Assembly: GCA_964357635.1 (NCBI GenBank)
Contig: CAYHLZ010000001.1
Coordinates: 198,674-262,673 of the forward strand
From: an uncultured Candidatus Saccharibacteria bacterium
GTDB lineage: Bacteria > Patescibacteriota > Minisyncoccia > Phycocordibacterales > Zambryskibacteraceae
DNA length: 64,000 bases
Direction of reading: 5' to 3'
Below, piece after piece: positions 40,025-46,891 of this stretch; within the stretch, counting starts at the first letter, position 1; every line of letters begins with the position of its first letter. Under the pieces are notes generated by a model. It saw only the letters and a program-made list of their open reading frames with translations. It ran no database searches and was not told where the DNA came from. Position numbers and translations under genes: made by a program.

Positions 40025-40240
40025 TTATAACCCCTCGCGCTCCAGTTGGCGACGATAGATAGCGCAGATGCCGGCAGAGATTGATATGAGTGTGAGAATG
40101 ATTGCGTCGTAATAGCAGTGCTGTTGCGTAAATCCAAAAATAGTTCCGTTCTCACCGGCAAGCCACGCTCCAATAAGTGCGAGCGCGCCCCAAATACCGG
40201 TAACAATGGATATCCAGTGAATGAATGATGATTTTTTCAT
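40025..40240 (-). CDS. Small 2-TM hypothetical protein
   Basis: Two hydrophobic helices around 'QQHCYYDA'; lies in the operon. Confidence 0.68.
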   Translation of the reverse strand: MKKSSFIHWISIVTGIWGALALIGAWLAGENGTIFGFTQQHCYYDAIILTLISISAGICAIYRRQLEREGL

Positions 40241-40265
40241 ATTATTTATTTAATTTATGATTATT

Positions 40266-41225
40266 TTATATACCGCACCCGCCTTGTTGCCTCTTCGGTG
40301 TAACTGTTTCTCCCGTGCCAACCCCGCACCCGCCCTCTCCTCTTTGTTGCCCCGATTGGCTCACTTGGGCAACGATTCTTGCGTAACCTTGAGCGCTCGA
40401 ATAATCGGCACCAAGCACCTTTTGAGGACTTATATCTTTCCATTCGATTCCACTCTTTTCCATATAAGACCCAATAGTCACGTAGGTGTCCGGAAACCAA
40501 TAAGAATTAACGATGAGAGCAGCTTTCCACATATCCTCTTCGCTTGCGCCTTGTGAGGCCATAAGTTCAAGAAGTCCGAGCATAGCCATGCCGTGGTTAC
40601 AGTCGGGAAAATGAACAGAATTGGCGCAACAGGGTCTGTATATGCCACGCGAGATTCTCTCTACCAGAGACTGCTGTTCGGGCGTCAGATTAAAAAATGT
40701 ATGTTTGCTGTAGTGGTCCATGGGATCTCCTTTTGCGATAGTCCAGCCCCCCGTTGAAGCAAAATTTCCGGCTCCGCCGTAGGAAGGATTTGTCATCTCA
40801 CCAGTCTCTAGAATTGGATTTGAGTTCGCGAGCCCGAGTACCCAGAATAGATTCAGGAGATACCCGGCATTGTCCTGAGTAATTTTGAGCTGGCCGTTGT
40901 TCTGTCCGAGAAGCAGATTCTTGTATTCTTCGGTGAATGCGCCTCTTTTTTCGTAGATGGCCTTGAATTTGTCGGCATCAATTGCGCCTAGGCTTGCGAG
41001 CTTGGCGCCGAGATCACTCCAAGTAACAGGCAAAACAAATCCTTCAGGTGGTAGAACTTTTTTCTCTAATTCTCTGATTTGTCTTTGCTCTGATGCGCCA
41101 AGAGAGTCGGCTCTTTCTTGATTTATTATTTTTGAATCTGTTGTATAAATTAAGGCACTGGCAAGAATTGTTGCGGAAATGACTATGCTCGCCGGAATCA
41201 AATTGTTTCTCGAATCCAGTTTCAT
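40266..41225 (-). CDS. Cys-rich membrane-anchored hypothetical protein, first gene of a CsoR-controlled operon
   Basis: RPCCANSVHFPDCNHG, two C-terminal GGCG motifs. Confidence 0.82.
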   Translation of the reverse strand: MKLDSRNNLIPASIVISATILASALIYTTDSKIINQERADSLGASEQRQIRELEKKVLPPEGFVLPVTWSDLGAKLASLGAIDADKFKAIYEKRGAFTEEYKNLLLGQNNGQLKITQDNAGYLLNLFWVLGLANSNPILETGEMTNPSYGGAGNFASTGGWTIAKGDPMDHYSKHTFFNLTPEQQSLVERISRGIYRPCCANSVHFPDCNHGMAMLGLLELMASQGASEEDMWKAALIVNSYWFPDTYVTIGSYMEKSGIEWKDISPQKVLGADYSSAQGYARIVAQVSQSGQQRGEGGCGVGTGETVTPKRQQGGCGI

Positions 41226-41233
41226 ATATAAAT

Positions 41234-41262
41234 AACATATACCCCCCTTAGGTATATTGCAA
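41234..41262 (-). promoter_or_regulatory. Second CsoR operator/promoter
   Basis: Minus strand TTGCAA-17-TATGTT; ATATACCCCCCTTAGGTATAT at 41237-41257, same layout as the csoR operator. Confidence 0.85.
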
Positions 41263-41303
41263 GTCCCCTATTAAAACTGGTGTGGATTACTTCTCCTACT
41301 TAA

Positions 41304-41453
41304 CTAAGATTTTTTAAAATCAGCCCAGAGAAACATTACGCCCAAAGCCAAGAAAAGACCCGCTTCCAACCAATTTTGTTTCTGAAAAGCTTCAATAAGG
41401 GCAAGGCCGAAAAATAAAACAAAGACAGCGAAATTTGCACCCAATTTATTCAT
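41304..41453 (-). CDS. 49-aa 2-TM protein (not in ORF track)
   Basis: MNKLGANFAVFVLFFGLALIEAFQKQNWLEAGLFLALGVMFLWADFKKS; TAGAAT 6 nt before the ATG. Confidence 0.7.
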   Translation of the reverse strand: MNKLGANFAVFVLFFGLALIEAFQKQNWLEAGLFLALGVMFLWADFKKS

Positions 41454-41504
41454 ATTTCAATTCTACCACTGAAAAAGAAGTGTCTTAGGTTTATTATTTA
41501 ATAC

Positions 41505-41533
41505 TTGACACTTTGCCTAGTATCTGCTATACT
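41505..41533 (+). promoter_or_regulatory. Consensus sigma70 promoter, unit 1
   Basis: TTGACA-17-TATACT with extended TG. Confidence 0.85.
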
Positions 41534-41539
41534 ACTCAT

Positions 41540-41724
41540 GTGGCTCTTTGGATTGCTCCTGGCGCTCGAAACATGTTAGACCTGTGGTTTGCAGACCGAA
41601 CCTTGGTCTGACAGGTTCCTCGATGATGTCGCCTTGAGGGACGACAAAGTCCGAGATAGCGCTTCGTTGAAGCTATACCGAGAACCATACTGGGCCCGGG
41701 GGCGAAAACTCCCGGGCTCTTTTT
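41540..41724 (+). ncRNA. Candidate structured ncRNA, unit 1 (family unknown)
   Basis: Between promoter and terminator, no long ORF, several nested stems. Confidence 0.55.
41692..41724 (+). terminator. Intrinsic terminator, unit 1
   Basis: GGGCCCGGG...CCCGGGCTC followed by TTTTT. Confidence 0.85.
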
Positions 41725-41755
41725 ATTTGTTTGAAAAGTGCTTATTATTTGACAC

Positions 41756-41784
41756 TTGACACTTACTCTTGTGTCTGCTATACT
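41756..41784 (+). promoter_or_regulatory. Consensus sigma70 promoter, unit 2
   Basis: TTGACA-17-TATACT with extended TG; paralogous to the unit 1 promoter. Confidence 0.85.
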
Positions 41785-41789
41785 CCACA

Positions 41790-42014
41790 GTGGACTGGCT
41801 GAAAGGAGAGTGTCTTCAACAACGACCTGAATCGCTCGTCAAATCTTTATTTCAACACCAGGACCTGCATCATCATCACCGGCACTTCGACCGACGGCAT
41901 CACCGGCGGCGCGCCGCGCGACACGGCCGAGGGCACGAAGGAGTACTAGCTCCCGAGTGCACGGCCCCACGGGCCCGGGAAGGACTTCAAACTTCCCGGG
42001 CCTGTTTCATTTTT
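41790..42014 (+). ncRNA. Candidate ncRNA or small-peptide transcript, unit 2
   Basis: GC-rich, long 3' hairpin, own terminator. Confidence 0.45.
41971..42014 (+). terminator. Intrinsic terminator, unit 2
   Basis: GGGCCCGGGAAG...CTTCCCGGGCCT followed by a T-rich tail. Confidence 0.8.
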
Positions 42015-42486
42015 AAGAAATCTTCTCTGCAATCAATAATTCTTTTGTATAGATAGTGTCGGGAACATTTTCATATGGTTTTATCCCCTCTCCGATTGAT
42101 TCGGACACTTTGTGGTAAGTTACTTTTTGAACGAGTTTCCTCTGAAGCAGATAATTATTGAGCGTCGGACCGCTCGTCACTACAATATTGATGTCAGGTT
42201 CTATCGCCTCTTCGGGAGTGTTAACAACCTTGTAACCACTTTTTGGTTTAAAGTTTTTGTCTCTTGTAACTACAAATTTTTCTATCGGAAGCTCGTCAAA
42301 TTGCTTCCTTTCTTTATCATCATAAGTCTGTATCGCATCATAAGTCTTCCTGCCTATTAAGATGCGGTCATATTTCTTGAGGACATTAAGAGTGTGTGGC
42401 CAATAGGAGTCAGGGATAAAGTCTTCGCTCCCGTCTTTACGAGCAATATATCCGTCTTCTGAAATTACGTTATAGAGCGTAACCAT
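42013..42486 (-). CDS. Dihydrofolate reductase / RibD C-terminal-like protein
   Basis: SEDGYIA, IGRKTYD, GEGI. Confidence 0.85.
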   Translation of the reverse strand: MVTLYNVISEDGYIARKDGSEDFIPDSYWPHTLNVLKKYDRILIGRKTYDAIQTYDDKERKQFDELPIEKFVVTRDKNFKPKSGYKVVNTPEEAIEPDINIVVTSGPTLNNYLLQRKLVQKVTYHKVSESIGEGIKPYENVPDTIYTKELLIAEKIS

Positions 42487-42492
42487 TATCTT

Positions 42493-43032
42493 TTATTCAT
42501 GAAATAGATGTGCATTTTCTAGATGGATAAGTGCGGTGGTTATGGCTTGTTTAGTATATGTAAGTCTATCTAATCTACCGTGAGTCAAGATACCGATAAG
42601 ACCTTCTGCTGCTCCAACATTCTTGTTTGTTGTTAATCCTGCTTCAGCTGTTGCATCAGACATATTCATTCCTTTTTCGTGTATCAATTTAGCAATGATT
42701 TTGGGTGGCTCAAAGGCAGAAGATAATCCGAGATGAATATTTTTACCATCATATATTGCACACACGCACAGATCCATAACACCAGTTTTTGTATGTGGCA
42801 CAGCCATGAGTCCACTTTCAATTCCAAAACTATAATCCCCATCTCCAATAGATACTTTTGCGCGATTAATTGCTCCTGTAATAGTCTCTTCCAACGACTT
42901 TGGTTGATCGCTTATGCCGTTGGGAACAGATACACCTTCAACCATGCTATTAGCTAGCATCGGATATTGAGTAATGAGTTCTTTAACAGCAGTAATTTTT
43001 TGAGGATTTAGTGAAGCTACAATAATTTTCAT
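42493..43032 (-). CDS. yjjX: Inosine/xanthosine triphosphatase
   Basis: SLNPQK, SDQP, ET..GA.NRA, GIESG, G.IG.LT.G..DR. Confidence 0.9.
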   Translation of the reverse strand: MKIIVASLNPQKITAVKELITQYPMLANSMVEGVSVPNGISDQPKSLEETITGAINRAKVSIGDGDYSFGIESGLMAVPHTKTGVMDLCVCAIYDGKNIHLGLSSAFEPPKIIAKLIHEKGMNMSDATAEAGLTTNKNVGAAEGLIGILTHGRLDRLTYTKQAITTALIHLENAHLFHE

Positions 43033-43045
43033 TTTCCTAATTTTA

Positions 43046-43567
43046 TCAACGAATACCGGTATCGCAAGAGATAACTATGTTCTCTACCCTATCAGGGCTG
43101 ACGGTAACCGAGACATCACCACAAGTTTTGGATATACCATTGTTAACGGCGTTGACGATGTAATCTCCAGGTGGCAGGTTAATCAAAAACTTTCCGTCCT
43201 TGCCACTTTTCATAGTTGCAAAAGTTTTCTCCGATGAAGCTCGGCGCACGACGACATCCGTCTCATATGGAGCGTCCGGACACTCCTCTCCGACACGCAT
43301 CACAGGACACATCGGTCCGCGCAAGATCGTACCTCCTATTCCAGACTGGTACGGCAAGATACCTGCCCCACCTCCACCAACACTAGGGCACTCCGCAAAT
43401 TCGCACCTAGGACCAGTACGGCCAACGTAGGAGCCGTCAGGGCAAAGTTTCGCTTCTTGGGTACAGAAAACTTGTTCGTCGCTCTTACTCCCTGACAACC
43501 CCACAAGTACGCCAAAAATAGCGAGTGTGAGAAGCGTAATGAGCCCAAAAATAATCTTTTTACTCAT
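43046..43567 (-). CDS. Membrane-anchored Cys-rich protein with carboxypeptidase-regulatory-like domain
   Basis: CTQEAKLCPDGSYVGRTGPRCEFAEC; GP.CPV; DGKF...LPPGDY. Confidence 0.78.
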   Translation of the reverse strand: MSKKIIFGLITLLTLAIFGVLVGLSGSKSDEQVFCTQEAKLCPDGSYVGRTGPRCEFAECPSVGGGGAGILPYQSGIGGTILRGPMCPVMRVGEECPDAPYETDVVVRRASSEKTFATMKSGKDGKFLINLPPGDYIVNAVNNGISKTCGDVSVTVSPDRVENIVISCDTGIR

Positions 43568-43573
43568 TTAAAA

Positions 43574-43747
43574 CTAATTTGGCTTGTGGAAGTGTTTGCC
43601 CACGTAGTACGGCCAGATGAAGAGGGCGAGAACCCCTTTCCAGAAAGGAAGATGAAGATAGCCAATGCTGAAAATCCACCCAATCATCCAGATAGCACTG
43701 CACGCCTGATTTATTTCTATTGTTTTTACTGTTTCTGCTATTTCCAT
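43574..43747 (-). CDS. 57-aa membrane protein, paralog of 43757..43918 (not in ORF track)
   Basis: MEIAETVKTIEINQACSAIWMIGWIFSIGYLHLPFWKGVLALFIWPYYVGKHFHKPN. Confidence 0.8.
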   Translation of the reverse strand: MEIAETVKTIEINQACSAIWMIGWIFSIGYLHLPFWKGVLALFIWPYYVGKHFHKPN

Positions 43748-43756
43748 GATGAATTT

Positions 43757-43918
43757 TTAATTAATAAGCGCGAACTGGAGACCTAAGTAATACGGCCAGA
43801 GCGCTAGAGCTAAGAGCCCCTTACCGAAACTTAGGTGTAAGAAGCCAATAGTGAAAAGCCACCCTATAAGCCAAATTCCGCCCGTAAACACATGGTTTTC
43901 TATCTTTATCTTTTGCAT
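43757..43918 (-). CDS. 53-aa membrane protein, paralog of 43574..43747 (not in ORF track)
   Basis: MQKIKIENHVFTGGIWLIGWLFTIGFLHLSFGKGLLALALWPYYLGLQFALIN; TATAAT 7 nt before the ATG. Confidence 0.8.
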   Translation of the reverse strand: MQKIKIENHVFTGGIWLIGWLFTIGFLHLSFGKGLLALALWPYYLGLQFALIN

Positions 43919-43955
43919 ACTCTATATTATACAACAAACTATCAGCTATGTGGGG

Positions 43956-44144
43956 CTAATTTATCTCAACATTTTTCGCAAGAGTTTTAAATCTCTCTCC
44001 GTTTGATTGAACTACGGTAATAGTAATATGACCAGTTTTGCTCGTATTGATATCTTTAACCACACCAGATTTTCCTACATGTGTTCCCCCAATAACCTTG
44101 CACCTCGCGCCATCTTTTAGTTTTTTGTCTGATTTAAGTTTCAT
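43956..44144 (-). CDS. KOW-motif small protein
   Basis: G..CKVIGGTHVGKSGVV matches the KOW consensus. Confidence 0.8.
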   Translation of the reverse strand: MKLKSDKKLKDGARCKVIGGTHVGKSGVVKDINTSKTGHITITVVQSNGERFKTLAKNVEIN

Positions 44145-44162
44145 TGCTACGGAACTTGGACT
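44145..44162 (-). repeat. Degenerate copy of the tRNA-Gln 3' end
   Basis: TGCTACGGAACTTGGACT vs TGCTGCGGGACTTGGACT at 46471-46488, 16/18 identical. Confidence 0.7.
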
Positions 44163-44170
44163 AGGAAAAA

Positions 44171-44917
44171 CTACTTAATAAACTTCAGATTTTTTACTGT
44201 GGCGCCGCGCTCGGTCATCTGGGCCTGCACAGACACTTTTGCTATTTCTTTAAATTCCGCGGGTTTGCATACAGCTTTCACTCCTTCTAGACTCGTACAC
44301 TGACTTGTTGCGTCAAAGAAGAGTGGTACAACGTTACCCTTCACACCATTATCTTCAAACACTAAGTGCCAATTTTTAGGGTCAAATGGTTTTGGTATTG
44401 AACCCTTTAGTAAGTTACCCTCCTTTTCAAAAGCAAATTCCCTTACCGGCGGAATGTCACCCTTAGTACACTCAATTGTGTCTATGTACCAACCGCCATC
44501 CTTGGCAAGAGTTACGATTGCTGCCTCCGATGCGTTTTTCTCTCTAGACATTACAAGTAGTTGTGCCGCGTCAGCCTGCTCGAATACTCGCGAGGTTGTA
44601 ATTTTATCTGGTGTCTTTGTCGTGCACAAAACTGGATCTGGAGATGCGCCAAGAGTACTTTCCTTTGCAAGTCTGTCTCGAAGTTCTTTACTCAAAAGCG
44701 GAGACTTCATCAGTGTCACTCTATTAGGATCTGCGGTGGTCGGCTCTTTAATCGCCTTAAGCCACTGGTCATAGAAATTTCCGACAGTATCCACTGCGTC
44801 AAGAGTTGATACTTGCTGCCCCACAGAACCACCTTCGTCGTTCCTAGAGAAAAACCAAACAAGTCCCCCAATTACTATTAAAACTGCGACTACTATGATT
44901 ATCTTTTTTTTATCCAT
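44171..44917 (-). CDS. Membrane-anchored hypothetical protein (NTF2-like/DUF3828-like features)
   Basis: N-terminal TM; 'V.NFY..W', 'DPVLC', 'GWYID.I.C'. Confidence 0.7.
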   Translation of the reverse strand: MDKKKIIIVVAVLIVIGGLVWFFSRNDEGGSVGQQVSTLDAVDTVGNFYDQWLKAIKEPTTADPNRVTLMKSPLLSKELRDRLAKESTLGASPDPVLCTTKTPDKITTSRVFEQADAAQLLVMSREKNASEAAIVTLAKDGGWYIDTIECTKGDIPPVREFAFEKEGNLLKGSIPKPFDPKNWHLVFEDNGVKGNVVPLFFDATSQCTSLEGVKAVCKPAEFKEIAKVSVQAQMTERGATVKNLKFIK

Positions 44918-44984
44918 ATGTTTCTTTTAAGGATAGCATATATTGAACTGTGCTTGCTAGCTACGTGGTATAAAGTTGAAACTT

Positions 44985-45497
44985 TTATAGGAGCTCCAAT
45001 ACTCGGCTCCTCACTTCCTCCACACTAGCAACATCTGTTCGTAGAGTGATGGCGTTAGGGTTTTTGTTGGTTTGGTATAAATCATACATTTCCTTGAATT
45101 TTTCCTTAGAAGTGTTTGCAATTCGACTTTCTGGTTTTGTAAGTGCTGACAACACCCTCTCATCAAATCTGGTAGCACACACATCAAAATCCGCTTCCAG
45201 GTTAATTTCCACAATTTCGTATTTGTGAGCTACAGCTATATCTTTCAATTTCTCTCGCCAAACGCGAGTGAGACCAACATCGGATACAACATCGTACTGA
45301 AGGTCGAAAGCTCTTTCTGCCATAACAAGTAACATTTCAAGAATATCTTCTTTGTATTTACCTGAAACATAGTTTGAGAATTGCCATTTAAGAGAATCGT
45401 ATGAGAGATAGAAAAAATGCTCTTTTTCCTTGAGTACTCTTTTTATTATAGTGCTTTTGCCAGAGCAAGGACTGCCATTAATAATGGTTAGCTTCAT
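44985..45497 (-). CDS. P-loop nucleotide kinase-like (AAA_33) protein
   Basis: INGSPCSGKST. Confidence 0.82.
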   Translation of the reverse strand: MKLTIINGSPCSGKSTIIKRVLKEKEHFFYLSYDSLKWQFSNYVSGKYKEDILEMLLVMAERAFDLQYDVVSDVGLTRVWREKLKDIAVAHKYEIVEINLEADFDVCATRFDERVLSALTKPESRIANTSKEKFKEMYDLYQTNKNPNAITLRTDVASVEEVRSRVLELL

Positions 45498-45512
45498 ATC
45501 TTTAGAATATCA

Positions 45513-45539
45513 CGGGTTGCGGGACTTGGAATCTTCACT
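45513..45539 (-). repeat. 27-bp direct repeat copy B, containing the tRNA-Gln 3' end
   Basis: CGGGTTGCGGGACTTGGAATCTTCACT; 13 nt identical to the tRNA 3' end. Confidence 0.88.
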
Positions 45540-46044
45540 GAACGATTTTTCTCAGGACATCAGCAGTAATCCTGCAGTCCTCCAGAGCATCGTGTAGACC
45601 ACGAGGTTTTGCTCCAAAAGCTTGGAAAATTTCCTCAGAATTTATTTTTCCAGTATAGCCACCTTTTAACAAGTGAACATATGCAAGTGGCCAGATGTCT
45701 AAAATATGATAATCATAAAGTGTTGGGTCAATTCCAGCAGAAGATATTATTGTTTTAAAATGTCTAAAATCTAAATCAGCAACAAAAGACGCGATCAAAA
45801 TATCTGTTCCAAATTTATCAAAAACTATTTTACCAACCTCTGCTTGTGATAGAGCGCCTTCAAGCATTTCTTGTGTAATACCAGATATAAGTTTTTCTAT
45901 TTTATCGACCATGTTTGCATAAATATAAGAAGAAAAACTATCTTTTTCTTCGAGAGTATTTTTATCTAAGAGTATTGCACCAATTTGTTTGGGAACATGA
46001 AGTCCTTCAAAATCAATCAATAAAATATCCTTAGGAAATCTCAT
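45535..46044 (-). CDS. DEDDh 3'-5' exonuclease
   Basis: IDFE, FD-like 'LDF', LDI, HDALED. Confidence 0.85.
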   Translation of the reverse strand: MRFPKDILLIDFEGLHVPKQIGAILLDKNTLEEKDSFSSYIYANMVDKIEKLISGITQEMLEGALSQAEVGKIVFDKFGTDILIASFVADLDFRHFKTIISSAGIDPTLYDYHILDIWPLAYVHLLKGGYTGKINSEEIFQAFGAKPRGLHDALEDCRITADVLRKIVQ

Positions 46045-46066
46045 TGATTAAATTATACCAAACTTG

Positions 46067-46093
46067 CGGGTTGTGGGACTTGGAGTCTTCACT
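46067..46093 (-). repeat. 27-bp direct repeat copy A
   Basis: CGGGTTGTGGGACTTGGAGTCTTCACT; 25/27 identical to copy B. Confidence 0.88.
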
Positions 46094-46113
46094 ACTGGGA
46101 AACCCTCGGGTAT

Positions 46114-46356
46114 TTATTTCATTAAATTCAACTTCTTTTCTCTGCGCCAACCTTTAATTTCTGATTCTCTCTTTCGTGCTTCCTTCAATGTATTAAACTC
46201 CTCTTTATATCTAAAAACAACTGGTCTTCTTAGTTTCGTATAATGAGCCCCAGATTTTGAGTTGTTGTGTTGGTCTAACCTTCTATTAAGATCATTTGTA
46301 CATCCAACATAGAAAGATTTATCTCTGCATTCAAGTATATAAACAAAATATGACAT
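46114..46356 (-). CDS. Small GIY-YIG nuclease (UPF0213/YhbQ-like)
   Basis: YFVYILEC.D.SFYVG.T..L.RR..QHN, GAHYT..RRP, A.KRE..IK. Confidence 0.93.
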   Translation of the reverse strand: MSYFVYILECRDKSFYVGCTNDLNRRLDQHNNSKSGAHYTKLRRPVVFRYKEEFNTLKEARKRESEIKGWRREKKLNLMK

Positions 46357-46472
46357 AAGAAGTTTCAGCCCCTCGTCACCCTTCATGAATCAGGGTTTCT
46401 CGGGGACTTCTTCTCTATATTTAGCTGGCCGTAGGCACTGATGAGCCTTCGTCCAGCGAAGGTGAAGAAGTG

Positions 46473-46543
46473 CTGCGGGACTTGGACTCGAACCAAGATA
46501 CTCGCCTCCAAAGGGCGATGTCCTACCATTAGACGATCCCGCA
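46473..46543 (-). tRNA. tRNA-Gln(TTG)
   Basis: Cloverleaf with TCGCC-CT TTG GA-GGCGA anticodon arm. Confidence 0.96.
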
Positions 46544-46589
46544 ATGTAATACAATTTATCAGAAAAACCTCTAATTTTCCACACCCCCT

Positions 46590-46859
46590 CTATTCTAGTG
46601 TTCTCAAGAACTTCAGAACAGACTTTCCATCATTTGTGAGTGTGTGACGAACGCTGTTATTATCATTTCGCTTCATTATAAGACCCGAGATAGTTAGCCG
46701 ACGAATATGGTCCGCCCCTGTTTTATAATTAATCTTCAGGGCATCCGACACCTCAACCACAGATAACTCTGGTGATCTTGCTAATAATTCAAGGATTTCA
46801 ATCCTTCTGTGGTTTGAAAACCCTCTAACTAATCTTTCTAATTGTCTAGGCTTTCTCAT
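46590..46859 (-). CDS. ArsR-like winged-helix protein
   Basis: SNHRRIEILELL, LSV.EVS, HIRRL...GLI. Confidence 0.85.
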   Translation of the reverse strand: MRKPRQLERLVRGFSNHRRIEILELLARSPELSVVEVSDALKINYKTGADHIRRLTISGLIMKRNDNNSVRHTLTNDGKSVLKFLRTLE

Positions 46860-46891
46860 TGTATTCTGGTGTTCTTGAGAACATAAGAATG

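Noticed and set aside
39981-40206. Long N-terminus of the 223-aa track ORF
   Set aside because: Overlaps the more plausible 71-aa membrane gene; the hydrophobic domain begins at MGNSVK.
41540-42014. tmRNA, RNase P or SRP identity for the two RNA units
   Set aside because: No tRNA-like ends or Ala-ending tag, no GAGGAAAGUCC, and no SRP loop motif recognised.
41769-42056. 95-aa His/Arg-rich ORF in the track
   Set aside because: Starts inside the promoter, runs through the terminator and has off-frame composition.
43943-44972. Weaker tRNA-end-like words at other cassette junctions (CCCCACATAGC near 43950, CCACGTAGC near 44962)
   Set aside because: Too short and degenerate to support, although their position is suggestive.
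46438-46471. Hammerhead-like CTGATGAG-stem-TGAAG downstream of tRNA-Gln
   Set aside because: The core reads GAAG rather than GAAA, there is no correctly placed stem I/NUH site, and it is antisense to the tRNA transcript; treated as part of the hairpin spacer.
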